From Sinanodonta woodiana (Eukaryota): a stretch of DNA of 64,000 bases. Positions within the stretch are counted from its first letter, which is position 1; the number at the start of each line of letters is the position of its first letter. The position numbers and the translations under genes were made by a program. The notes beneath the pieces are model-generated. The model did no database searches. It worked only from the letters and a program-made list of their open reading frames with translations, and was not told the origin of the DNA. Below, piece by piece: positions 1 through 8,571 of this stretch. The stretch spans positions 93,702,727 through 93,766,726 of the forward strand of contig CM100994.1 of assembly GCA_046254885.1 (NCBI GenBank). Direction: 5' to 3'.

Positions 1-78
1 GTCAAACGCGGGGTCTCGTTGTTCCTTAAACATTTTATTTAAATACTAGTATTTTCAATTGTGAAACTCTTCGAATTT

Positions 79-552
79 TTATCGTCGCCGTTTTCTCCCA
101 AGTCCACTTCCGGCTATAGCACTCAATATAGCGGTATTTGTTGCTGATGGCGAAGCCATCAATGACGGAGTCATTGACGACTCAGTCATCAACGATGCTA
201 GTTTTTGTTCTACATTTTTGTTTATTTCTTTACTAATATTTGCCGGCATAACTGTTGTAGACGGTAGTGGCTGTTTTCTTCTGGATTTCACCAACGCTAC
301 TATTTTATCTCTAGCCGCAGAAAATGCTCTTCCAGAAAGATCTCCTACGGCACTAAGTCCCTTATCACGAATAACATCAATCGCTTTCATTCCTAATTGT
401 TTAGCAATCGGCGCTACCCTTGGAGCAGCTCTTGTAAACAACCCAGCGATTACATTACCTAAACCATCACCGTAATATTCTTTATATACTGGTAGTCTTG
501 AGTTTACCACAAATTCCATTCTTGGTTTATCATGATTGTAGTATATGATCAT
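79..552 (-). CDS. Hypothetical small basic protein, possibly a virion core or minor-capsid precursor
   Basis: Track ORF of 157 aa with a TAA stop. The C-terminus AIAGSG-LGRKRRR is an Arg-rich tail preceded by an (I)xGx-G motif resembling the adenain-type cleavage consensus. No catalytic motifs are recognisable. Confidence 0.45.
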   Translation of the reverse strand: MIIYYNHDKPRMEFVVNSRLPVYKEYYGDGLGNVIAGLFTRAAPRVAPIAKQLGMKAIDVIRDKGLSAVGDLSGRAFSAARDKIVALVKSRRKQPLPSTTVMPANISKEINKNVEQKLASLMTESSMTPSLMASPSATNTAILSAIAGSGLGRKRRR

Positions 553-608
553 CTTATTGTAAAAACACTTAGTGTTTTCAATTGCTGGTAGTTTTTCTAA
601 ATGAAATC

Positions 609-1061
609 CTAGTCGCTGTAGTTTCCATCAACGCGGCGGCCTTCTACTAACTCTTCGACTAGTTCTCGATATAGATTAATATCCATGATACCACCCTGGA
701 ACAGTCTTCGACAAATATCAGCAGCCTCATTGATTATTTCTGGAGAATTATTTCCAGCTCGCTTTCCACCTACGAGTACTTCTAGCCGTGATATATCACT
801 GAGAATATTACCAGGACACGGAAAATTCAAAGAATTTTCTACCGTTGAATTTCCAACAATGCCCTTGTCATTGCCACTACCTGAGTATCCAGCGGCAATT
901 TTTTCCCCTTTCTTAGGTGTTTTTGATTTTTTTGTCAGTCCAAGGGCTTTCCTTTCTTCTATTACTTTATCACGAAAAGTATTATAGATTCCCCTGTTGT
1001 CTTTATGTATTCCAAATTCATGTCTATTTACTAAAAACACAGTTTTGTATCCAATCATCAA
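609..1061 (-). CDS. Hypothetical protein
   Basis: Track ORF of 150 aa with a TAG stop. It overlaps the upstream ORF by 38 nt in another frame. No recognisable motif. Confidence 0.35.
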   Translation of the reverse strand: MMIGYKTVFLVNRHEFGIHKDNRGIYNTFRDKVIEERKALGLTKKSKTPKKGEKIAAGYSGSGNDKGIVGNSTVENSLNFPCPGNILSDISRLEVLVGGKRAGNNSPEIINEAADICRRLFQGGIMDINLYRELVEELVEGRRVDGNYSD

Positions 1062-1737
1062 TATCTTTTACTTTTTCTAGTTTATTATCTTCTATATATT
1101 TATCTCGAAGTTTCTTTGGAGAATTTGTTGCGGTAAATTTAATTAAATCTTCTCCTTGATAACCTCTGATTTTACTTATATAGGATTTTTTAATTATTTT
1201 TGGGGGTGTATCTTCTCCATAAATACTAGGTAATTGTTCTTCTTGGAAACCTTTGGGTTCATCTTCTGGTTCTCTTGCAGTCGCTCCTTGCAGTTCTTCT
1301 TGGAAACCTTCGGGTTCATCATCAGCGAATTCAACATACGGTTGTTGGTCGGGAGTTGGTTCAATTGGTTGTGGTTGACGCTGTCGTATTTGTTCTAACA
1401 TTCGTTCTTTTCGTTGTTGCTGTCGTGAAGTAGTTACTATATCTGTAGGAAGCGTTTTTAGAATCTCCCTAGTTTGTCCGGTTTCCGCTGCTACCTTTTC
1501 TAGCGCGCAAAGAAGTGGTACTGTGGTTTTTATTACATCTTTTGTAGCAGTCGTTATCTGAGAAAATAGCTGTTCAGTTCCAACAGTAAAATCAGTTTGT
1601 GCTTGCTGTCGATGTTGAAGTTTATCTCGGACGCGATCTCGTACTGGTATAAAAGCTTTCAGCGCGGCTGATCTTTCTCGCGCTAATCTATTTGTAAGTG
1701 ATTCATTAACCATTATTGTAACATATATATTCATCAC
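1024..1737 (-). CDS. Hypothetical acidic protein with an internally duplicated DEPEGFQEE motif
   Basis: Track ORF of 237 aa starting ATGATG. It is Q/E/R-rich and contains two copies of D-E-P-(E/K)-G-F-Q-E-E. Its position in a co-oriented cluster with the two ORFs downstream suggests a structural gene module. Confidence 0.45.
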   Translation of the reverse strand: MMNIYVTIMVNESLTNRLARERSAALKAFIPVRDRVRDKLQHRQQAQTDFTVGTEQLFSQITTATKDVIKTTVPLLCALEKVAAETGQTREILKTLPTDIVTTSRQQQRKERMLEQIRQRQPQPIEPTPDQQPYVEFADDEPEGFQEELQGATAREPEDEPKGFQEEQLPSIYGEDTPPKIIKKSYISKIRGYQGEDLIKFTATNSPKKLRDKYIEDNKLEKVKDIDDWIQNCVFSK

Positions 1738-1937
1738 AATAATTCGATGTTTTCCTCTTTGATTGGAAAATCCTACGGATTTTCAAGTAAATTTACTTTT
1801 ATTTTATCGCCCAGTTTCACTAAGAAAGAAAAAAAAATAATAATTTTATAAACAAATTCCATTTTTCTTCTTCTAAAAAACATTATTGTTGATTATTATT
1901 TTTCAACCATAATTTTCGATTACCACGATTGTCATCA

Positions 1938-1980
1938 TCCATGATTAATCGCCATGATTAATCACCACGATTAATCATGG
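1938..1980. promoter_or_regulatory. Three tandem palindromic GATTAATC sites (13-bp spacing) between two minus-strand genes
   Basis: The sequence is catGATTAATCgc catGATTAATCac cacGATTAATCatgg. It is a candidate transcription-factor site array or terminator/promoter element. Confidence 0.35.
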
Positions 1981-2721
1981 TCATTGAAATAACGCGTTAT
2001 CAAAATCCTTTGCTGTGTCGGAGATTTCTTCTTCAAGCGAAAACATTTCACCGATAGTTCTCAGCAACGGAATTAAAAGTCTAGAAATATTAATCATTTC
2101 ATCTAACAACACTTTATTTCGGGATTTAACAAGATGATAAATTATTAGTTTTCGCTGTCTATCAAGAGTCTTTATGACACGATATTCAGAACGAATAATC
2201 TTTTCGTCGAAATTTATTTTTACGGGAAAATCTTTTCTAATTTTAAATAAATATTTTACACAGTTTTCTTCTTCGGCGTAGTTGCCAAATTCTTTCGGAA
2301 GATGATCCCACATCGTTGGAATAATGAGAAACTTGGTAAATAAATCAGCAACGGGATATGTTTTTGGGCAAAATACTTCTCGTAACGGACTAAATTTTTC
2401 TGTTTGACATATGATATATTCGAAGAAATGACTACTATTAATAATCTCTTCAAATAATGAAATCGCATGTGGAATTTTCCGAATAAAAACATTAAACATA
2501 AAGAAACGATTATTAATAATCTCATTGAGAAACCAATATTGGTAACAATCGCAAACATGATTCTCTAAATCTATATTCGTTGCATAATAGCGGTCATCGA
2601 TAATATCACAACGAAATGGTTCGGGTGAATATCGATTAACTTTTCGTGCGGCGATGCGATAATTTTCTTTCATTATATATATGTAAAATCTTATGTTTAA
2701 TTGGATATATTTTTTCAACAT
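1981..2721 (-). CDS. Hypothetical protein
   Basis: Track ORF of 246 aa with a TGA stop. No recognisable motif. The upstream region contains TATATAAAT. Confidence 0.45.
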   Translation of the reverse strand: MLKKYIQLNIRFYIYIMKENYRIAARKVNRYSPEPFRCDIIDDRYYATNIDLENHVCDCYQYWFLNEIINNRFFMFNVFIRKIPHAISLFEEIINSSHFFEYIICQTEKFSPLREVFCPKTYPVADLFTKFLIIPTMWDHLPKEFGNYAEEENCVKYLFKIRKDFPVKINFDEKIIRSEYRVIKTLDRQRKLIIYHLVKSRNKVLLDEMINISRLLIPLLRTIGEMFSLEEEISDTAKDFDNALFQ

Positions 2722-2725
2722 AATC

Positions 2726-3232
2726 TTATTTATATAAAAATGAAACCCAACAGCGGAATCCTTTTGAATATGCGCTTAGAGTGATGCCATCAGCAACAAA
2801 TTTGATAGATCGATTATTAATACTATAGTATTTTCCAGCAGAATATGTTGACGGAAAAACTTTTTCTTCAACATCCATGATTCCAATAACGGGTCTACGT
2901 GGTTGTGATCTAGTTCTCGGCGAAGAATTGAGGCAGTTTTCTTGTTGAGTTACCACACGAAGATTATCTAACCTGTTGTCAAGTTTATCGCGATTAATAT
3001 GATCAATAACAAATCCATTTGGAATTTCACCGCAAAAACATTCGACGATAAACCTATGAGATAGATAGTATTTTTTTCTTTTTATTATTACTATAAACAC
3101 ATATTTGCATATAACCAGAATTGATAACAGCACCGATATTTTTCCTTAATCGTTTATTTCTTATAATACCGTCGGTGGAAGCTTCGTAATCGACGTAAAT
3201 TGGATGCGACGCGAACGTTTTTTGATTCATAT
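2726..3232 (-). CDS. HNH homing endonuclease (NUMOD4-like N-terminus, HNH_3 core, AP2-like C-terminus), frameshifted in an A-run
   Basis: The track ORF 2726..3133 contains HRFIVECFCGEIPNGFVIDHINRDKLDNRLDNLRVVTQQEN, which is a canonical HNH motif. A 59-codon ORF starting with ATG at ~3232 (MNQKTFASHPIYVDYEASTDGIIRNKRLRKNIGAVINSGYMQICVYSNNKKKK) looks like the NUMOD4 N-terminal module. It is out of frame by 1 nt, with the shift lying in the aaaaagaaaaaaa run near 3060-3080. Confidence 0.75.
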
Positions 3233-3247
3233 ATTAATTAAGTGAAT

Positions 3248-3541
3248 TTATTTATTTAATTGTTTTTCCTTATAGCCCCCAGTTAGAAAATCATTTTCAT
3301 CATAAATAATATTGTATCTACGTTTGTAGTATTCTAGAAATGATCTACATCTTTTTCCGCCACATTCTGCGCATAATTTAGTTTTGCCTCGAACTACTTG
3401 TCCACATTTGATACAAGTTATCATCACTGTTGAACCATTTTTTATTTGTTGATTATGAGCCGCGCAAAAATCTCCAACGCATCTGCGTGAGCACATCTCG
3501 TTGCCTTTTTTATATAACCATTTGCACCTATTTTGTGCCAT
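3248..3541 (-). CDS. Cys-rich zinc-ribbon protein
   Basis: Track ORF of 97 aa with paired CxxC motifs (CKWLYKKGNEMCSRRC, CIKCGQ...CAECGGKRC). The ATG is preceded by TATATAAATG. Stop codon is TAA. Confidence 0.5.
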   Translation of the reverse strand: MAQNRCKWLYKKGNEMCSRRCVGDFCAAHNQQIKNGSTVMITCIKCGQVVRGKTKLCAECGGKRCRSFLEYYKRRYNIIYDENDFLTGGYKEKQLNK

Positions 3542-3595
3542 TTATATATTATATAAACTAAATTTCTAATTGAAGATAAATTTACTAATATATAA
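3542..3595. promoter_or_regulatory. 54-bp divergent intergenic promoter with TATATAAATG immediately at both start codons
   Basis: Both flanking genes start with ATG directly preceded by ATATATAA(ATG). A similar TATATAAAAATGAAAC sits at ~2739-2754. TAAATG resembles the late-promoter and initiator arrangement of cytoplasmic DNA viruses. Confidence 0.35.
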
Positions 3596-3943
3596 ATGAA
3601 ACATAAATTCAATCTTGATAAAGTTTCGGGAATATCATTAAAGGGGATTCCTAAAGATATTCTCGCGATGATCAGGCGCGCCAAGAGAGAATTTTATCGA
3701 GATGGCGCAGTACATACATGGATCACATATAATATCATCGTTGTTAGAAATAATAGACGGTATAATGTGAGCTCAGTTATGGATGATTCACGAGCGCTAA
3801 ATTTATTATCGATGATAGAAAATAATTCCTATTTTATGAGAATAAAATATATCACCGTAAGTAAGACTGGAGGTGATAACAACTATGTAATCCGAGATCA
3901 TCTAAATCCAGTAAGAAAAGATAAAAAAAAACTGTTGTCATAG
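3596..3943 (+). CDS. Hypothetical protein
   Basis: Track ORF of 115 aa with an ATG start directly preceded by TATATAAATG (a divergent promoter shared with 3248..3541). Stop codon is TAG. Confidence 0.45.
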   Translation: MKHKFNLDKVSGISLKGIPKDILAMIRRAKREFYRDGAVHTWITYNIIVVRNNRRYNVSSVMDDSRALNLLSMIENNSYFMRIKYITVSKTGGDNNYVIRDHLNPVRKDKKKLLS

Positions 3944-4032
3944 ATAAATATACTACTTCTCCGGGAGTATTAACAGGAATAGATAGTCACTATTATGAAA
4001 GAGACTATATTGTTACAGTTACTATTTATGGA

Positions 4033-4308
4033 TTGTATAAAATAAATAAAAATCCTGATATAAAAAAATTAGCTCCAATGAGAACTGCGGTAAATTTAAA
4101 CTGTGTAGAGAAGCGTGTAATAGAACATTTTATGAATGCTACTCACGGAGGAAAATTAACTGAGCAAAGAAAAGAAATAATAACTTCTTGGGGAGAACGT
4201 GTAAGGGAAACCGGAGCTACAATCGATGATGTAAAAAAAATTAGAAACGTTGTTAAGAACTCCGATATACGTGAAAACGTTATCTGGAGAACCATTAAAT
4301 ACAAGTAA
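4033..4308 (+). CDS. Small hypothetical protein
   Basis: The track start is TTG and the first in-frame ATG is at ~4078 (MRTAVNLNCVEK...). The 3' end overlaps the next ORF. Confidence 0.3.
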   Translation: MYKINKNPDIKKLAPMRTAVNLNCVEKRVIEHFMNATHGGKLTEQRKEIITSWGERVRETGATIDDVKKIRNVVKNSDIRENVIWRTIKYK

Positions 4309-5128
4309 ATATAAGAATAGAGGAACTCAAATTGATATTTATGATCATAATGGCCACGCGTGGAATGAAAGTGTAATGATGTTTCCGAAAGAAAGAAAAC
4401 TTAGATTTTACAATAAAGAAAATATATTTGACGCTATTTTACAAGTACAGAGTAGTTGTAATGATCCAGTTTCGGTGTGGCTATTATCTAGTGAACAAGA
4501 AGAAATGGGATTTGATCAATTTGTTACGACTAGTGGAGAATTATATAGAACTGAAGAGCTAAACAAGCGCATGATAAATATCGCTAATGATTTTATAAAA
4601 AACGTTGATGAAAAATTACTATTGAATTCCTTTACTGTATCATCGGTGTTAGCACATTACGCAAGAGAAAAGAACTTCTGGAGAAAAACTCCTCGAGGAC
4701 TTCTCGATGACATAAAATCAAGCTGTGTAGAATATTCTCATGGCGGACTGTGGAATACAAAATATGACTACGAGGATATGATCGCGATTGACATGGTTGC
4801 TAGCTATCCTGGTGGTTTTCTTGGAAACGGCGAATGTAATAAATATTTTATGAGATTTGGCCATCCAACTCATGAAATGGCTAGAGTCAGCATTAATGGA
4901 GAATTGCCTGATTTTGATTTAACTGGATTTGCTTACGTGGTCTCATTTAAACTTAGACCTGGATTACATCCTTGTAGTTATTGTTGGATTGGTAGACACA
5001 TGTCTGAAAAATCGTGGACTCCAATTGTGTTATTACGATATATGCTTGATAGTGGAATGTTACTGTCGTTGATTGTCAGCGAAGCAATTATATCGTATCG
5101 ATGTCAAAAGGATGTTTGGTTACCTTGA
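4250..5128 (+). CDS. N-terminal domain of the large replicative protein; same frame as the helicase, interrupted by TGA at 5126-5128
   Basis: The track ORF starts at TTG, and the first ATG is at ~4376 (MMFPKERK...). It is in the same reading frame (position mod 3 = 2) as 5135..6553, separated only by one TGA (tgg tta cct TGA cca gag ttg). No primase or Rep motif could be assigned by eye. Confidence 0.55.
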   Translation: MLRTPIYVKTLSGEPLNTSKYKNRGTQIDIYDHNGHAWNESVMMFPKERKLRFYNKENIFDAILQVQSSCNDPVSVWLLSSEQEEMGFDQFVTTSGELYRTEELNKRMINIANDFIKNVDEKLLLNSFTVSSVLAHYAREKNFWRKTPRGLLDDIKSSCVEYSHGGLWNTKYDYEDMIAIDMVASYPGGFLGNGECNKYFMRFGHPTHEMARVSINGELPDFDLTGFAYVVSFKLRPGLHPCSYCWIGRHMSEKSWTPIVLLRYMLDSGMLLSLIVSEAIISYRCQKDVWLP

Positions 5129-5134
5129 CCAGAG

Positions 5135-6553
5135 TTGGACAATATAATTCAACAGCATCGAGAAAATCATCCAGATCTCAGCGAAGAAAAAATCAACAAA
5201 GACTCACAGATGTTATATAGTTGTAGAGAAATATCTGCAAAAGATCTCGGAAGAAAGATTATAGGGAAATTTACCGCTGGAGGAAGATTTGATAACGCAA
5301 AATATTCCTCAAGATTGATAACTGATAACATTGAATATGATTTTATAGTTAAAAATCTAACAGAAACCAATAAGTTCGTAGCTAGAAAAGGTGCATTTTT
5401 ATCAAATGGAGAACGATTCGGTACTATAGTTACTTACATAGATGGAGAAAGCTCTCAGTGGACCCATTTGCGAAGTAGTATGCTCGCGTATACTTCGATT
5501 AATTTATTCTCGATGATAAATCGATTTCCAGAAACCGCTGTAAGAGTAGCGACTGATTCTATGTATATCCACCGGAAACATATTGAGGATGTTAAACCAT
5601 TTTTAAACGATAATGAAAACTGGGGTACTTGGAGAATTAAAAAGGAAATGTTACATAATTACTGTTTATCAGCTGATGCAGAAATATTTGATAATTACGT
5701 AGAATATTCCTCAGAATTTTTACCATCAAATGCACCTTCGGTATCTGACCCTGTGACTAGATATAAAATAGTTTATTTGAGCGGTTGTGGAGGTAGTGGG
5801 AAAACAACAAGAGCAATCGAATTATATAAAAATACGAATACGATTGTGTTAACACCAACTCATCGACTCGCCAGAGAACTAACCCAGCGAGGAGTAAAAG
5901 CTTGTACTTACCATAGTTTCTTTAGATATAAGGGGAATCTGTGGACACCAGAGCGAATGGGAGATAAATTCATTCCTGAAGTAGTTATGTGGGATGAGAT
6001 ATGTACTGTATCAAAGGAAATATTACAAGTATTTCTGGATTGGCTAAATAAGAAAAATACAAAAATTATATTATGCGGCGATCACGGTCAACCTCCGCCA
6101 TTTTGCGGAGATTCTCCGCATGATTGGCTAAAGGGTTACGTAGAATACTACGAAGAAGTTACTACTGATTATAGATCATTAGATGAACAACTACGAGAAT
6201 TGAAATCTAAAATTAGATTACAATCAAATAAAACTCAGTGTGAAATAATTAGAGAAGAAATAGCTGAAACTCCATTAGATGAATTTTGGAAAACGTGGAA
6301 TCCTAACGATTTAATAATCGCGAGTAGAAAAATAGTCCGGGATGAAATTCAAAAGAAATTATTTAAATTACATAAAAAGAAATTTCCCACGATGAAAGTT
6401 CCTTTATGTTATAGACCATTTGATACTAGGAAACAAAATATTCTAGTTGATATTCCTGGTGAATCCCAACAACAAATGTTAGTGTTGAATGATATTGTAT
6501 TCGTGGACATAAAATATGTTAAAGATGCAATTAACGCTGTTCAATCACCATAG
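5135..6553 (+). CDS. SF1 DNA helicase core (PIF1/RecD-like, AAA_30 type)
   Basis: Motif I is YLSGCGGSGKTT and motif Ia is VLTPTHRLARELT. Motif II is VVMWDEICTV and motif III is IILCGDHGQPPP. The ORF ends at an in-frame TAG (6551-6553) just before motif VI. Confidence 0.85.
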   Translation: MDNIIQQHRENHPDLSEEKINKDSQMLYSCREISAKDLGRKIIGKFTAGGRFDNAKYSSRLITDNIEYDFIVKNLTETNKFVARKGAFLSNGERFGTIVTYIDGESSQWTHLRSSMLAYTSINLFSMINRFPETAVRVATDSMYIHRKHIEDVKPFLNDNENWGTWRIKKEMLHNYCLSADAEIFDNYVEYSSEFLPSNAPSVSDPVTRYKIVYLSGCGGSGKTTRAIELYKNTNTIVLTPTHRLARELTQRGVKACTYHSFFRYKGNLWTPERMGDKFIPEVVMWDEICTVSKEILQVFLDWLNKKNTKIILCGDHGQPPPFCGDSPHDWLKGYVEYYEEVTTDYRSLDEQLRELKSKIRLQSNKTQCEIIREEIAETPLDEFWKTWNPNDLIIASRKIVRDEIQKKLFKLHKKKFPTMKVPLCYRPFDTRKQNILVDIPGESQQQMLVLNDIVFVDIKYVKDAINAVQSP

Positions 6554-7015
6554 ATGTTAGGTTATGCAGCTTCGATACATTCTTCGCAAGGATTGACCAT
6601 CGAGGATAAAACCGTTTGGATTATTGATAATCGTATTGAGTGGTCAAATTTAGTTTATCTTGCAGTTAGTCGAGTACGACGAATAAATCAACTTCGAAGA
6701 GTTTTCATTGATGAAAAATCTTCAGAGTTACCAGAAATATCTATAATTGACAACATCAATAAGAAACTTTCTGGATATAAACAACAAGATAAAGCAAAAC
6801 AACGAGAATTTAACATAGATGAACAATTAATAATTGAGCTGCGAGATAAACAAAAAAATCATTGCGCTGTTTGTAATTGTATAATGCGCTGGCAGTATCT
6901 AGCAGGAGATTCTCGTCAATTTACCGTAGATAGAATAAATAATAATCTCGGTCATATAAAAAACAATGTAAAATTAACCTGTTTAGAATGTAATAGACGC
7001 CATGATAAATTATAA
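6554..7015 (+). CDS. Helicase motif V/VI segment plus C-terminal HNH-like zinc-finger domain (continuation of the helicase frame)
   Basis: It begins GYAASIHSSQGLT, which is PIF1/RecD motif VI. The C-terminus HCAVCNC...FTVDRINNNLGHIKNNVKLTCLECNRRH has a CxxC...CxxC pattern with an HNH-like spacing. Stop codon is TAA. Confidence 0.7.
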   Translation: MLGYAASIHSSQGLTIEDKTVWIIDNRIEWSNLVYLAVSRVRRINQLRRVFIDEKSSELPEISIIDNINKKLSGYKQQDKAKQREFNIDEQLIIELRDKQKNHCAVCNCIMRWQYLAGDSRQFTVDRINNNLGHIKNNVKLTCLECNRRHDKL

Positions 7016-7022
7016 ATAATTT

Positions 7023-7469
7023 TCAATTAAGATTCTTTGGTGGTAATTGAGTATCCTCAGGAATCACCTGTAGTTGTTCGCGTGTAAAACCTCGTTGTGG
7101 CGCAGTTGAATCTAATCTATATATCGGAGGTCTATTTGAAACTCCCTTGGAATTTTGCGATCTTGTTATCGTAGATATTTTATGTGTAGTAACACTCCAG
7201 ATTGGATCAGTGGCTCTTCTTGTACCGCCTTCAAGTTCTCCTGGCTCATATAAATATCTCACAGTGACATTGGAAATCCCTTGGATTTCAAGAATTGGCT
7301 GAGAAATAATATCTCGTGGTTGTGGTATATAATTTTTTTTTATTGCGTCGCTGGGTTTCATATTAATTGTTCGATTAATCTCATTGTTTAGCGCTGTAAT
7401 TACTCCTGGTAATCGTTTAACCCATTCACGAGATCTATCATCGGAGATGAATTCTTTCGCGTATTGATA
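7023..7469 (-). CDS. Integrase C-terminal domain (same frame as the core, beyond an in-frame TGA at 7470-7472)
   Basis: Immediately after the TGA the frame reads YQYAKEFISDDRSREWVKRLPGVITALNNEINRTINMKPSDAI. This matches the conserved post-DDE W..LP..(A)YN......P motif of retroviral and retrotransposon integrases. The frame then continues as track ORF 7023..7361. Confidence 0.6.
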   Translation of the reverse strand, partial: YQYAKEFISDDRSREWVKRLPGVITALNNEINRTINMKPSDAIKKNYIPQPRDIISQPILEIQGISNVTVRYLYEPGELEGGTRRATDPIWSVTTHKISTITRSQNSKGVSNRPPIYRLDSTAPQRGFTREQLQVIPEDTQLPPKNLN

Positions 7470-8033
7470 TCAAAATAATCGTTCAGCAAGAGTTCGATTA
7501 AATCGTTCAACAATTGCTTGATCACGATGTATTGCGGTATGTCCTCGTCGTATATTAACGTTATGATTTTTCATTGTTGAGTTTACTACACCTTGAAACT
7601 CTTTACCAGGATCAATCTGTAGTAGATTTGGCCATCGCAAAGGTCCTTTTTTTAAAATAAATTTTTCAAATGTTGAAGCGACTTCAGTTGATGTTTTTGT
7701 TTTTAGCGGCTCTGCGTGTTTATATCGAGTCGCTACATCAACGACCGTTAACGCATATTTGTAACCGTTATCGTGTGGGAGAAATAATATATCAGCTTGA
7801 TGAACTTCATTAGGTACAAAAACATCAAAATGAGAATAATTGATCTTCTTAGGTCGAGGTAGATAAATCTGCCATATAGCTTGTTTAGATAACCAATTAG
7901 CTGCGGTTGTTTTTGATACCTTTGCAGCGTTAGCTAATTTATTAATAGCTGATTTACCCCTCCAATATCCAGTAGGAGAATAATAAATTTTTTCCATCAT
8001 TGATTTATCAACAGAAATTACTTTACGTGACAT
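7470..8033 (-). CDS. rve-family DDE integrase, catalytic core with N-terminal HTH-like region
   Basis: The catalytic residues are D in HQADILFL, D in LQIDPGKEF and E in AIVERFNRTLAE. The ORF ends at a TGA that is in frame with a conserved C-terminal continuation. Confidence 0.85.
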   Translation of the reverse strand: MSRKVISVDKSMMEKIYYSPTGYWRGKSAINKLANAAKVSKTTAANWLSKQAIWQIYLPRPKKINYSHFDVFVPNEVHQADILFLPHDNGYKYALTVVDVATRYKHAEPLKTKTSTEVASTFEKFILKKGPLRWPNLLQIDPGKEFQGVVNSTMKNHNVNIRRGHTAIHRDQAIVERFNRTLAERLF

Positions 8034-8571
8034 TATATACTTGTACGGGAAGCTCCACTTCCAAATAACAATTTACCCTTCATGATAGTTTTAATAACCG
8101 CAGATGTTATTTTTTCTCTAAGGGATTTATCCGGGATGGCATTTATCGCATGAATCAATCTTACATCAGCGAGATGACGCTGTTGAAGATCACCACTACG
8201 ATAAGCTATATCATGTATTCGACATGCTTCATCGATCGCATTTATAGGCTCTTCTCCGGGATTGGGGTTATCGTTGCTATCAAGTCTGATATCTAATCTT
8301 GTTCCCGGACCACAGTAATTATATCCTGGAACATGTTTTTCACCGGGATACTTAGCCCACGGAGTTCCTGGAAGCTTTATTAATTTGGCGGTGATGTCAC
8401 CTCCGAGTTTTTTTTTTTTATAAATCTAATTTTTTTTATGCCACATGTTGCACACTTACCGGTAAGTGCTGGTCGATTATTCTTAGTTGTAATAGTTGTT
8501 TGGTCGGTTGTTGGGGTACGTGTTCTACATTTCACACAATATAAATCCATAATTATTATGTTATATAACAT
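8033..8571 (-). CDS. Zn-ribbon protein fused to a parvovirus-type phospholipase A2 domain (apparent frameshift in a 12-nt A/T run near 8408-8419)
   Basis: The track ORF 8380..8571 reads MLYNIIIMDLYCVKCRT...CATCG, a Zn ribbon. An adjacent frame reads ...PGYNYCGPGTRLDIRLDSNDNPNPGEEPINAIDEACRIHDIAYRSGDL..., which carries the Ca-loop YxGPG and the catalytic HDxxY of the parvoviral VP1u PLA2. That frame ends at a TAA sharing one base with the integrase ATG (ATAATG). The PLA2 frame has no start codon of its own. Confidence 0.7.

Noticed and set aside
7980-7981. Apparent extra A in my hand reading of the integrase 5' region, which would shift the track ORF by 1 nt.
   Set aside because: The ORF track translates this region without interruption. 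I attribute the discrepancy to my own counting in an A-rich stretch. It is flagged only because it limits the precision of my homopolymer-based frameshift calls.
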